Shown: positions 52,067 through 61,839, numbered from the whole stretch's first letter. The stretch is 62,791 nucleotides of DNA, filler included, from Thermodesulfobacteriota bacterium (GCA_036381125.1; 5 parts of 5 records of this genome joined end to end with filler, not necessarily neighbours in it), one strand, 5' to 3'. Numbers and translations: made by a program. Notes: generated from the letters alone by a model not told the origin.

Positions 52067-52303
52067 CTAGACCCCGCCCCCGAAGCCGGGGTACTCGGCG
52101 TGCTCGTCGGCGTCGGGGTCGTCGCGCAGCTCCATCCGACCCCAGGCGTCCGAGAAGTCGTCCTCCACCAGGCTCGGGCGCTGGCGGCCGGGCGCCCCGG
52201 GTCTGCCGATCAGGTCGGCCCGGCGTATCCCCTCCCACGCGAACGTCCGGGTCACCCGCTCCGCGATCCGCTCGAGAACTCGCTCCAAGGTCCCTCGCCC
52301 CAC
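52067..52303 (-). CDS. Small hypothetical protein (78 aa)
   Basis: Mostly G/C-ending codons; G-rich SD-like sequence before GTG; upstream sigma54-like site. Confidence 0.45.
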   Translation of the reverse strand: MGRGTLERVLERIAERVTRTFAWEGIRRADLIGRPGAPGRQRPSLVEDDFSDAWGRMELRDDPDADEHAEYPGFGGGV

Positions 52304-52376
52304 GGATGCCCCCCTGGACACCTCCCGACGCGAGCGCCCGCTCGTTCGATGCACCTGTCGCCGATGCCGCCAAGGG

Positions 52377-52392
52377 AGCATGGAACATGCCA
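52377..52392 (-). promoter_or_regulatory. Putative sigma54 promoter
   Basis: TGGCATGTTCCATGCT (GG-N10-GC). Confidence 0.45.
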
Positions 52393-52440
52393 GCGCTGCC
52401 GCCCCGCGTGCCGCTCGCCCTGCTCCGGCAACGTTCCTAT

Positions 52441-52521
52441 GGGGTCAGGTCTTTCCATTTTCCATGGGGTCAGGTCTTTCCATTTTCCAGACCGGCAAAC
52501 GTTGGGGCCTGACCCCACTCG
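52441..52521 (+). repeat. 81-bp REPIN/MITE-like element, copy 2
   Basis: Two tandem 25-bp units, a spacer, then inverted CTGACCCCA; 76/81 identical to the reverse complement of 36730-36810. Confidence 0.9.
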
Positions 52522-52988
52522 TTTGCCGGGGCGGCGGCCGACCCACCCCGCGCCTCGCCCCGCCGGGATCCGCCCTAGCGCGTCCTGCGGCGTTCGTCCT
52601 CGCGGACGCCGGTCGGCCTGTCGGCGCCCGGCAGGCCGAGGTCGCCCCCTTCGGCCGGGTCGCGCGACGTGCGCGCGATGTCGGCAGACTCCTCGGTCGA
52701 GTCGCACTCGCCGAACGCGTCCGGGTCGCTGCCGCGCGGGGGCCCCAACCCTCGTCCCGTGCCTTGCGCCCTGTCCCTGTCTCCCCTCACGGTGGCACCT
52801 CCGTTCCCATTGGTGGTCGGTCGAGGCGCCACGAAGAGGCACCGCATGTGCCACCGGGCGGCCAACACGACCGCACGCCGGACGGCCGCGCGGCGCGCCG
52901 GGCGACTCCACCCGCGGGCGCCTTTGACGAACGCGCAGGCGCCGGCGTACCGTGGAGGCGCAAGCCCCACACCCGGAGGGAGACCTGC

Positions 52989-53613
52989 ATGCCGCCGCAC
53001 GAGCCGGTCGTCGAGCGCCTGCGCGACCTCGTCGCGATCGAGAGCGTGAACCCCTTCATGGACGCCTCGGGCTCCGGCGAGGCGGGCGTCGCCGATTACC
53101 TCGCGACCACCTTCCGGCGTCTCGGCCTCGAGGTGGAGCGGCGCGAGGTCCATCCCGCAGCAGCCGGCCGCCCGGCCCGGGCGAACCTCGTCGCCAGACT
53201 GGCGGGACGGGAGCCCGGTCCGGGGCTCCTCCTCGAGGCCCACATGGACACGGTCCCGGCCGTCGCCGGCCAGGTCGACCCCTTCACGCCGCGGATCGCG
53301 GACGGCCGCCTCGCGGGCCGGGGCGCCTGCGACTGCAAGGGGGCGATGGCCGCGATGGTGGAGGCGCTCGCCCGCGTGGCGCAGGGCAGGGAGCGGCCCC
53401 GGCGGGAGGTCTGGTTCGTCGGCGCCGTGGACGAGGAGTACACCCACACCGGGATCGCCGCGCTCGTCGACGCCGGCGTCGCGGCCGCCGGGGCGGTGGT
53501 CGGGGAGCCGACCGACCTCGCGGTCGTCGTCGCGCACAAGGGGGTGCTCCGGTTCCGGCTCCACGTGTCCGGCAGGGCGGCCCACTCCTCCCGCCCCTCC
53601 GAGGGGGTCAACG
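52989..53613 (+). CDS. M20 metallopeptidase (ArgE/DapE-like), partial
   Basis: AHMDTV, GRGACDCKG, DEE, VGEPT, GRAAHSS. Confidence 0.9.
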
Positions 53614-53713
53614 NNNNNNNNNNNNNNNNNNNNNNNNNNNNNNNNNNNNNNNNNNNNTTAATTAATTAANNNNNNNNNNNNNNNNNNNNNNNNNNNNNNN
53701 NNNNNNNNNNNNN
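53614..53713. other. Artificial contig linker
   Basis: N run, TTAATTAATTAA, N run. Confidence 0.98.
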
Positions 53714-54043
53714 GACGAGCATGGCCTCCGGGTCGGCGGCCGACACGACGGTCCGCCCCCCCTCCGCCGCGCGCACGACGACGTTGCAGGGGAGGAGTAG
53801 CCCGACGTTCGGGTCGGACGTGAGGGCCCGGTGGGCGAGCGGCGGGTTGCAGGCCCCGAGGATGACGTACGGCGGGTGGTCGGCGCCGAGCTTCTCCTTC
53901 AACGTCTGCCGGACGTCGATCTCGGTGAGGACGCCGAAGCCCTCCGCCTTGAGCGCCGCCTTGACGCGCGGGACCGCCGCCTCGTACGGGTCGGCGAGCA
54001 CCCTGGTCATGTCCAGGTGGGGGGACGCCCCGGTATCGGTCAT
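53714..54043 (-). CDS. DUF302 domain protein, partial
   Basis: [27 protein letters not shown]. Confidence 0.9.
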
Positions 54044-54384
54044 GAGCCGTGCCTCCTTCCGAGCCGCCGCTCGTGCTCGACCTGAGCCTCGAGGGTACGG
54101 CAGACGGCATCGTAGACGCCGCGCGCCGTCGGCTCCGCGATGCGGTGGAACACCCGTGCCCCGTCGCGCCGGGGCTTCACGAGCCGCGCGACACGCAGGA
54201 CCGTCAGGTGCTCCGACACGTTGGCCTGCGTGGAGCCGGTCTCGCGCACCAGGTCGCCCACGCACCGCTCCCCCGACTGCAGGGCGATCACGATCCTGAG
54301 CCGCATCGGATCGCCCAGCGCCCTGAGGCGCTGGGCGACCCTGGGCAGGACGTCGGGGTCGCCGGCCCGGAAGGCCCGCGTCAC
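54040..54384 (-). CDS. ArsR/SmtB family regulator
   Basis: [31 protein letters not shown]. Confidence 0.9.
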   Translation of the reverse strand: MTRAFRAGDPDVLPRVAQRLRALGDPMRLRIVIALQSGERCVGDLVRETGSTQANVSEHLTVLRVARLVKPRRDGARVFHRIAEPTARGVYDAVCRTLEAQVEHERRLGRRHGS

Positions 54385-54416
54385 GGAGCGCGCGTCCCGA
54401 TTCGCCTGTTGGCGCC

Positions 54417-54446
54417 TATAACCATATACTCATACTATAATACGTT
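54417..54446 (-). promoter_or_regulatory. AT-rich promoter/operator upstream of arsR
   Basis: TATAACCATATACTCATACTATAATACG island in a very GC-rich background; TATAGT-like hexamer on the minus strand. Confidence 0.55.
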
Positions 54447-54547
54447 GCCCACGCGACGTCCACCGCGCGCGCCCGGCCGCCGCTCGACCGGGCGCGTGAC
54501 GTCTCCCGCCGGTGCCTCCTCCTCGGCCTGGACCCGGCCCCTGGCCC

Positions 54548-55699
54548 TCAGACGCGGCCGGTCGGCACGGTCCACCAGTAGGCGCGGTTGAAGAGCGCCT
54601 TGCCGGCGTGATAGAACCAGCTCGGCCGGGGCGGGTTCGGCGGGTGCTCGTAGTCGAAGGAGAGGACGCTCGCCCTGTTGTCGCCGACCTCGAGGAAGCA
54701 GACCACCCGCCCGTCGTACCGGTGCGACGGCGCCTCGCCCCGCAACTCGGCCACCACGTTGCTCGCGACGACCTCGCCCTGGTAGTGCGCGGCGGCGCCG
54801 CTCTTCGAGACCGGCAGGTTCGTCGCGTCGCCGATCGCGTAGACGCCCTGCTGGCCGACCACCTGCATGGTGTGCCGGTCGGTGGGGATCCACCCCTGCG
54901 TCCCCTCCGCCAGGCCCGAGTCGATGACCACCTGCGCGCCCCGGTGCGGGGGGATCAGGACGAGCAGGTCGTAGGGGAGCGTCTCCCCTTCGAGGGCGGT
55001 GATGGTCCTCGCCGCCGGGTCGACCGACTCGAGGTTGAAGAACGTGTGGATCAGGAAGCCCCGCTCCTCCATGATCGGCTGCACGAAGTCGGCGACCGCC
55101 TCGATCGGGAAGACGCGCGGCAGCGGGCTCACGTAGTGGATCTCGCTCCCCTCGCGCAGCCCCTGCTTGCGCAGGCGGCTGTCGAGCATGAGGGCGAACT
55201 CGATGGGGGCCGGGGGGCACTTGTACGGGACCCCCCCGACGCCGACGACGACGCGGCCGCCCCGGAACGTCTCGAGCGCCCGGCGGAGCGCCTCGGCCCC
55301 TGCCGCCGTGTAGAAGTGGTGCCCCGCCGTCGCGAGGCCCGGGATGGCGTCCGGGTCGAGGTGCGAGCCGGTCGCGATGACCAGGAAGTCGTACGGGACG
55401 CTGCCGTGCTCCTCGGTCTCCACGCGGCGCTCCCGCGTCAGGATCCGGACGGCGCGGCCGCGGATCAGCTCCACGCGCCTGTCGAGGAGCTTCCGCTCGG
55501 GCCGCTGGATGTCCTCCGGCTCCTCCTCGCCGAACGCCACGTAGAGGAACCCCGGCTGGTAGACGTGCTGGCCCGTCTCGTCCAGGACGGTGACGGTCGC
55601 CTCGTTGCGCCCGAGCTTCCGCGCGAGGAGGTTGGCGACGAGCGTGCCGCCGACGCCGCCGCCGAGCACGAGGATCCGACGCCGCTCGCCCACGGTCAT
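54548..55699 (-). CDS. Sulfide:quinone oxidoreductase-like flavoprotein (type III/SqrC-like)
   Basis: GGGVGG, HVYQPG, YDFLVIATG, YKCPPAPIEF, AIGD, KSG, YDGRVVCF. Confidence 0.85.
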   Translation of the reverse strand: MTVGERRRILVLGGGVGGTLVANLLARKLGRNEATVTVLDETGQHVYQPGFLYVAFGEEEPEDIQRPERKLLDRRVELIRGRAVRILTRERRVETEEHGSVPYDFLVIATGSHLDPDAIPGLATAGHHFYTAAGAEALRRALETFRGGRVVVGVGGVPYKCPPAPIEFALMLDSRLRKQGLREGSEIHYVSPLPRVFPIEAVADFVQPIMEERGFLIHTFFNLESVDPAARTITALEGETLPYDLLVLIPPHRGAQVVIDSGLAEGTQGWIPTDRHTMQVVGQQGVYAIGDATNLPVSKSGAAAHYQGEVVASNVVAELRGEAPSHRYDGRVVCFLEVGDNRASVLSFDYEHPPNPPRPSWFYHAGKALFNRAYWWTVPTGRV

Positions 55700-55944
55700 C
55701 TCGCCTTCCGAACGACGATCCTGTCGTACCCCTCCTCGGGGAACACCCCGAGGAACTCGTGCCTCGCCTTCGCCGCCCACGCCTTGATGTCCGTCTTCGA
55801 GCCGGTATCGGTGCTCAGCACGGCCAGCACGTCGCCGACCCGGCTCTCCCTCATCGCCCGGATCAGCTCCATCATGGGGCCCGGGCAGAAGCTGCCGCGC
55901 GCGTCGACGACCCGATCGATCCTCTCCACGTTGCCGCCGCTCAT
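55696..55944 (-). CDS. TusA-family sulfur carrier
   Basis: DARGSFCPGP, DIKAW; 82 aa. Confidence 0.92.
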   Translation of the reverse strand: MSGGNVERIDRVVDARGSFCPGPMMELIRAMRESRVGDVLAVLSTDTGSKTDIKAWAAKARHEFLGVFPEEGYDRIVVRKAR

Positions 55945-55987
55945 GGCGATTCCTCCTCGAGCGAGCCCATGGGCGGGAGCCCACTCG

Positions 55988-56464
55988 TTACTGCGGCGCG
56001 CGCATCAGCTCGGACATCCGCTTCTGCAGCTCCGACATCCGCGCCATCATCGTCGCCATGTCGGGCATCGTCCCCCCGGGCCCCGGCCGGGCGCCGCTCA
56101 TCCCCGGCCCCATCGGCCCGCCGCGCATCGCGGTTGCGTCGGCCATGAGGTCGCCCATCTCCGACAGGAGCGCGCCCATCTGCTTCGCCTGCTCGGGCGT
56201 CACCTGGCCGCTTGCCATCGCCTCGCCGAGCTGCTGCATCATGCCGCCCATCTGCTGCATCATCCCCATCATCTGCTGGCGCATCCCCGTCATCATGCCG
56301 GGGCCCATCATGCCGGGGCCCATCATCGTGCCCGGCCCCCCGGTCGGCCCGGCCATGGGGCTCGTGCCGGGCTGCGCGGGCAGCGGGGTCCCCGGCTGCT
56401 GCGCGTAAGAGACAGCGACCAGGCTCAGCACCCCGGCCACCGCGACTGCTGCCACGCCTCTCAT
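55988..56464 (-). CDS. Secreted Met/Gly/Gln-rich protein
   Basis: SD AAGGAGGT; signal peptide; MMGPGMMGPGMM and QQMMGMMQQMGGMMQQ. Confidence 0.78.
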   Translation of the reverse strand: MRGVAAVAVAGVLSLVAVSYAQQPGTPLPAQPGTSPMAGPTGGPGTMMGPGMMGPGMMTGMRQQMMGMMQQMGGMMQQLGEAMASGQVTPEQAKQMGALLSEMGDLMADATAMRGGPMGPGMSGARPGPGGTMPDMATMMARMSELQKRMSELMRAPQ

Positions 56465-56503
56465 CGACCACCTCCTTGCTCTCAAAGCCCGTCCGGTGAT
56501 CGA

Positions 56504-56519
56504 TGCATCGGCAGTGCCA
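56504..56519 (-). promoter_or_regulatory. Putative sigma54 promoter
   Basis: TGGCACTGCCGATGCA (GG-N10-GC) about 40 nt upstream of ATG 56464. Confidence 0.55.
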
Positions 56520-56725
56520 TCGCGGCGCGCCGGCCGAACCGCGTGTCGCCGCAACGGTTCGGACACGCCGGGCGCACCGGGGGCGAGGCGGCGAGTCCCC
56601 GACCGGGGCGCTCGCGCCCCGCACGCGCGGGAGCCCCGGGGAGGACTGTGCGACCGTCCACCCCTGGACCGGCCGACCGGTCCGGCGAGCCGTGCCCTGG
56701 CAGCCGGACACGCGGCCGCCGGTCC

Positions 56726-57571
56726 TCAGAGGTCCTGCCGGCGGAAGAGCGCCACCGCCGCCGCCAGCGGGAGCACGCACCAGAGGCCGAGGGCGGCGGC
56801 GAGCAGGAGGAGCCCCGAGGTCTCCCGCATCGTGTGCGCGAGGGCGGCGCCGGTCGCGCCGAGGAGGGTGTCGGCCCCGATGGCGAAGAGCGCGAGGACG
56901 CGCGCCGCGTCGACCGGGTTGCCGGCCAGGAGGGCGATCAGCCCCCAGCGCAGCTCCGCGCCCTGGGCCGCGCCGGCGAGCGCGAGCGCGGCAAGGTCGT
57001 AGAGGATCGCCCAGACGAACCAGACGCCGACGGCGGCGCCGAGCGCCCTCGGGCGGCTCTTCGCCGCGACGCCGACGAGGCAGCCGGTGCCGAGGGCCGC
57101 GAGCGCGAGCGCGACGCTGGCCGCCACGAAGACGAGGTAGCCCCCAACCTCCCCCTCCCCGCCGCGCGCCCCGGCGAGCGCACCGGCGGCGCCGAGCCCG
57201 GCGAGGGCCGCGGCGGCGAGCGCCGCGGCAAGGCCGGCGTGGCGCGCGAGGAGCACGGCCGCCCGGCTGACCGGCTGCGCGAGGAGGAGCTCCTCGCCGC
57301 GGACCTCGACGAAGCCGTTCGCGCCGACCAGGAGGCCGACGAGCGGGAAGAGGGCGAGGACGAGCGAGAGGAGCCCCGTCGTCGTTCGCGTGAGGCCCCA
57401 GACGGCGTCGCCGTCCGAGCCGGCCCCGGCGAGGACCAGCGCGACGGCGAGCGCGGCGAAGCTCGCGGCGAAGACGACGACGAGCCGGCCGCGCACCGCC
57501 TCGGCGAACTCCCGCGCGGCGAGCGCGGCGAAGGGCCCGAGCAGGGCGCCCGGCGCCCGGGGCGCCGCGCG
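56726..57571 (-). CDS. NosY-like ABC transporter permease (5' end cut by contig end)
   Basis: AREFAEAVRGR, LTRTTTGLLSL, ELLLAQPVSR, WAILYDL, NPVDAARV. Confidence 0.8.
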   Translation of the reverse strand, partial: RAAPRAPGALLGPFAALAAREFAEAVRGRLVVVFAASFAALAVALVLAGAGSDGDAVWGLTRTTTGLLSLVLALFPLVGLLVGANGFVEVRGEELLLAQPVSRAAVLLARHAGLAAALAAAALAGLGAAGALAGARGGEGEVGGYLVFVAASVALALAALGTGCLVGVAAKSRPRALGAAVGVWFVWAILYDLAALALAGAAQGAELRWGLIALLAGNPVDAARVLALFAIGADTLLGATGAALAHTMRETSGLLLLAAALGLWCVLPLAAAVALFRRQDL

Positions 57572-57671
57572 NNNNNNNNNNNNNNNNNNNNNNNNNNNNN
57601 NNNNNNNNNNNNNNNTTAATTAATTAANNNNNNNNNNNNNNNNNNNNNNNNNNNNNNNNNNNNNNNNNNNN
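57572..57671. other. Artificial contig linker
   Basis: N run, TTAATTAATTAA, N run. Confidence 0.98.
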
Positions 57672-58962
57672 AGAACGGATCGGCGATGTGGATGTCCTGC
57701 CCGCGGCCGGGGCCGACCGAGACGAGGATGATCGGCGCGCCGATCAGCGCCTCGAGGTGCTCCACGTAGGCGCGCGCCTCGGCAGGGAGGTCGGCCAGCG
57801 TCCGGTAGGCCCTCTGCTCGGCGTCGAGCGGCGGCCACCCGGGCAGCTCCTCGTACACCGGCTCGCAGTGGGCGAGCACCTTGAGCGACGACGGCACGAG
57901 GTCGACCCGCTCGCCGCGGTAGCGGTACCCGACGCACACCTTGACGCGCGGGAGCCCCCCCAGCACGTCGAGCTTGGTGAGCGCGATGCCGGTGATGCCG
58001 TTGACGCGCACCGAGTCGCGCACCACGACGGCGTCGAACCACCCGCAGCGGCGCGGCCGGCCGGTCACCGCCCCGAACTCCTGCCCCTTCTCGCGCAGCC
58101 ACGCGCCGGTCTCGTCCGTCAGCTCGGTCGGCAGCGGGCCCTCGCCGACGCGGGTCGTGTAGGCCTTGCTGATGCCGATCACCGAGTCGATGCGCGTCGG
58201 CCCGATGCCGGCGCCGGTGCAGGCGCCGCCGGCCACGGTGTTGGACGACGTGACGAACGGGTAGGTGCCGTGGTCCACGTCGAGCTGGCTGCCCTGCGCC
58301 CCCTCGAAGAGGACGCGGCGGCCCTGCCGGATGGCCTCGTCGATGACGACCGAGACGTTGGCGACGTACGGCGCGAGCCGCTCCCGGTGCCGCGCCGAGG
58401 CCTCGACGATCGGCGCCTTCTCGACCGGCGGCTCCCCGAGGATCCTCGTGAGGTACGCGTTCTTCTCCTCGAGGGCGTAGTCGAGCTTCTCCTCGAAGAC
58501 CTCCGGGTCGAGGAGGTCGCTCACGCGGATGCCGACGCGGGCCATCTTGTCCTCGTACGCCGGCCCGATGCCGCGCCCGGTCGTGCCGATGCGCCGGCGG
58601 CCCCGCTCGCGCGCGAGGTCGATCGCCTGGTGGTAGGGCAGCACGAGGTGCGCGTCCTCGCTCACGAGGAAGCGGCCCCCCTCGAAGGTCACCCCCGCCT
58701 GCCGGAGCCGGTCCATCTCCTCGAGCAGCACGGCCGGGTCGACGACGCAGCCGTTGCCGATGAGGCAGACCTTGGTCGGGTGGAGGATGCCCGAGGGAAT
58801 CGACCGCAGGACGGTCCTGGTCCCCGCGACGACGATCGTGTGCCCGGCGTTGTTGCCGCCCTGGAAGCGGACGATCAGGTCGGCATGCTCGGTGTAGACG
58901 TCGACGACCTTCCCCTTGCCCTCGTCACCCCACTGCGCGCCGACGACGACCGCGTTAGGCAC
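57672..58962 (-). CDS. purA: Adenylosuccinate synthetase (stop at or just beyond contig end)
   Basis: GAQWGDEGKGK, GGNNAGHT, IGTTGRGIGP, FEGAQG, RRCGWFD, TKLD. Confidence 0.98.
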
Positions 58963-60259
58963 GGCGCGCCTCGATCGGCTGGCCCTCGACGACGAGGGGC
59001 CCCTGCCTCTCGAGGAGGTCGGCCACGGCGACCGTGGCGACGTGGCCGTCGGCCACGCGCTCGATCCGCGCGGCAGGACCGTCGCCGAGCAGCAAGACGT
59101 AGGCGATGCCGTGGTGGCGCGCGTAGGCGACCGAGCCGTCGTAGTCGCGGCGGATGATGTCGCGCGCCACCGAGTAGCCGCGGGCGCGCAGCGCCCGTGC
59201 AACGGCCAGCGCCTCGCGCTTGTCCCGACGCACGTCCATCAGCAAGAAGTCCGTCCCCTTCGGGCTCGGCGCGCTCCCCTGCCGCTCGAGCGCGGTGAGG
59301 AGCCCTTCGAGGTCGATCATGAAGCCGGTCGCCGGGCACGAGTAGCCGAAGCGCCCGATGAGGCCGTCGTACCGACCGCCGCCGGCCAGCTCCCGCCCCA
59401 CCCCGGCGGCGTACGCCTCGAACGTGACGCCGGTGTAGTAGTCGAGCCCGCGCAGCTCGGCCAGATCGATCGAGAGCACGTCGCCGAGCCCGTACCCCTT
59501 CACCACGTCCACCACGCTCCGGAGCACGTCGAGCGCCCGGACGGCCCGCGGCGAGCCGGTCCCGGCAAGCCGCGCCGCGCGCTCGATCACGTCCTCGCCG
59601 CCGAAGCAGTCGACGAGGCCGGCGAGGCGCTCCGCATCGGCATCGGGCAGCCGCAGCTCGGGCAGGAGGGCCTCGATGGCCGCCCGGTCCTTCTTGGCGA
59701 GCGCGGCCTCGAGCTTCCGGCGACCCGGGCCCGGCGGGACGGCTTCGGCCAGCCCCCGGTAGAACTCCACCTGGCCGATGTCGATGGTGAACCGGGTAAG
59801 CCCCGCGGCCCGGAGCGCGTGCGCCGCGATGGCCACCATCTCGGCATCCGCCTCGGGCAGGTCGAGCCCGATCAGCTCGACGCCGGCCTGGAAGATCTCG
59901 CGAGGGCGCCCAGGCGTAGCGTCCACATTGCGAATGACCGGGAGATTGTAACAGAGGCGCAGCGGGAGGGGCGCGGTCCGGAGCCGCGAGGCGACCAGGC
60001 GCGCCACCTGGGCGGTCACGTCGGGCCGCACCAGGACGACGCGGCCGGAGGGCTGGTCGGTCGATCGGAACGCCCGCTGGGGCAGCTCCGGCCCGAGGCC
60101 CGCCTCGAGGACGTCCGAGTACTCGACCGTCGGCGTCACGACGCGGCGGAAGCCCCAGGCCGCGAACGTGGTCATGACGGCCCGCTCCACCTCCTCGAGC
60201 GCCGCGGCGCGCTCGAGGAGGAGATCGCGGAACCCGGAGGGGACGTCGAGACGCGTCAG
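58955..60259 (-). CDS. hisZ: ATP phosphoribosyltransferase regulatory subunit (probable CTG start)
   Basis: PSGFRDLL, LVRPDVTAQVAR, REIFQAGVELIG, DYYTG, GGGRYDGL; lies between serA and purA. Confidence 0.9.
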   Translation of the reverse strand: MTRLDVPSGFRDLLLERAAALEEVERAVMTTFAAWGFRRVVTPTVEYSDVLEAGLGPELPQRAFRSTDQPSGRVVLVRPDVTAQVARLVASRLRTAPLPLRLCYNLPVIRNVDATPGRPREIFQAGVELIGLDLPEADAEMVAIAAHALRAAGLTRFTIDIGQVEFYRGLAEAVPPGPGRRKLEAALAKKDRAAIEALLPELRLPDADAERLAGLVDCFGGEDVIERAARLAGTGSPRAVRALDVLRSVVDVVKGYGLGDVLSIDLAELRGLDYYTGVTFEAYAAGVGRELAGGGRYDGLIGRFGYSCPATGFMIDLEGLLTALERQGSAPSPKGTDFLLMDVRRDKREALAVARALRARGYSVARDIIRRDYDGSVAYARHHGIAYVLLLGDGPAARIERVADGHVATVAVADLLERQGPLVVEGQPIEARRA

Positions 60260-61836
60260 AGCGTCACCTGCACGGCCCGGATCACGTTCGGCAGCGCCTT
60301 GAGCGCCTCGAGGGTCTCCCGCGAGAGCGCGCCGTCGACGCTGATCACGGAGATCGCGCGGCCGCCGACCGATTCCCGGCCGAGGTGCATCCGGGCGATG
60401 TTGATGCCGTGCGCACCGAGCGTGTTGCCGATGCCGCCGATGACGCCCGGCTTGTCGTGGTTCCACATGACGAGCAGGTGACCCTCCGGAGCCGCCTCGA
60501 GGCGGTACTCGTTGATCCGCACGATGCGCGGCTCCTGCTTGCCGAAGATGGTCCCGTCGACGCGCGAGGTGCCGTCGGAGGTCCGCACCTCGACGGTCAG
60601 GAGGCTCTGGAAGTCCTCCGAGTCGCCCGTCTTCGACTCGACGACGCCGATGCCCCGCTCCTTCGCCAGGAGCGGCGCGTTGACGAAGTTCACCGTCTCC
60701 TTGAGGACCGGCGCGAGCAGCCCCTTGAGGACGCTCACCGTGACCGAGGCCACCGGGAGGGCCGCGACCTCCCCGCGGTACGTGACCCGCACCTCCTGCA
60801 CACCGCCCGGCGTCGTCTGCGCCTGGAAGGCGCCGAGCCGCTCGCCGAGGGTGAGCCAGGGCTTGAGCCGCGGCAGCGCCTCGGCCGGCACGGACGGCAC
60901 GTTGACGGCGTTCATGACCTGCCCGTGGACGAGGTAGGCGACGATCTGCTCGGCGATGGCGATCGCCACGTTCTCCTGGGCCTCGCCGGTCGACGCCCCG
61001 AGGTGCGGTGTGCAGATGACCTGCGGGAGCTTGAGGAGCGGGTGGTCCGGGGGCGGCGGCTCCTGCTCGAACACGTCGAGGGCGGCGCCGCGGACGTGGC
61101 CCGACTCGATGGCGGCCGCGAGCGCCGCCTCGTCGACGATGCCGCCGCGGGCGCAGTTGACCACCATGACCCCCTTCTTCGTCTTCGCGAGCGCCGCCGC
61201 GTCGATGAGGCCCTTCGTCTCGGCCGTGTACGGGACGTGCACGGTGACGATGTCGGCCCGCCGCAGGAGGTCGTCGAGGTCGACCAGCTCGACCCCCAGG
61301 GAGCGCGCCTTGTCCGGCGACAGGTACGGGTCGTACGCGAGGACCTTCATCTTGAGGCCGATGGCGCGGTCGGCCACGATCTGGCCGATGTTGCCGAGGC
61401 CGACGACGCCGAGGGTCTTGCCGTACACCTCGACGCCCATGAAGCGGTTCTTCTCCCACTTGCCGGCCTTGCAGGAGGCGGTGGCCTGGGGGATGTCGCG
61501 GCAGAGCGCCATCATCATGGCGATCGTGTGCTCCGCCGTGGTGATGGTGTTGCCGCCGGGCGTGTTCATGACGACGATGCCGCGGGCCGAGGCCGCGGCG
61601 AGGTCGACGTTGTCGAGGCCGATGCCGGCGCGGCCGACGACCTTGAGCCGGCCCGACCGCTCGAGGACCGCCTTCGTGACCTTCGTGGCGCTTCGCACGA
61701 CGAGGCCGTCGTACTCGCCGAGGATGCGCGCCAGCTCATCGGCCGGCAGCTTGGTCTTGACGTCCACCTCGAGGCCGCCGGCGCGCAGGATCTCTGCGCA
61801 GCGCGGCGAGAGGTCGTCGGAGATCAGGACGCGCAC
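60256..61836 (-). CDS. serA: D-3-phosphoglycerate dehydrogenase (long form with ASB/ACT domains)
   Basis: RAGIGLDN, GLGNIG, NCARGG, EPP, TPHLGAST, DKPGVIG. Confidence 0.97.
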   Translation of the reverse strand: MRVLISDDLSPRCAEILRAGGLEVDVKTKLPADELARILGEYDGLVVRSATKVTKAVLERSGRLKVVGRAGIGLDNVDLAAASARGIVVMNTPGGNTITTAEHTIAMMMALCRDIPQATASCKAGKWEKNRFMGVEVYGKTLGVVGLGNIGQIVADRAIGLKMKVLAYDPYLSPDKARSLGVELVDLDDLLRRADIVTVHVPYTAETKGLIDAAALAKTKKGVMVVNCARGGIVDEAALAAAIESGHVRGAALDVFEQEPPPPDHPLLKLPQVICTPHLGASTGEAQENVAIAIAEQIVAYLVHGQVMNAVNVPSVPAEALPRLKPWLTLGERLGAFQAQTTPGGVQEVRVTYRGEVAALPVASVTVSVLKGLLAPVLKETVNFVNAPLLAKERGIGVVESKTGDSEDFQSLLTVEVRTSDGTSRVDGTIFGKQEPRIVRINEYRLEAAPEGHLLVMWNHDKPGVIGGIGNTLGAHGINIARMHLGRESVGGRAISVISVDGALSRETLEALKALPNVIRAVQVTL

Positions 61837-61839
61837 GAG

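Noticed and set aside
52440-52489. Tandem 25-bp direct repeats as a mini CRISPR array
   Set aside because: The units abut with no spacers, there are only two, and no cas genes are present; a REP-like element fits better.
31863-57671. Four identical TTAATTAATTAA motifs flanked by N runs
   Set aside because: Artificial all-frame-stop contig linkers; not biological, and gene adjacency across them is not evidence.
58955-61459. Apparent 834-aa hisZ and similar fused-looking ORFs (9483-11339, 20223-22121, 23027-25075, 28618-30666, 29565-31910)
   Set aside because: The N-terminal parts are off-frame read-through of upstream genes; true starts lie at the gene overlaps.
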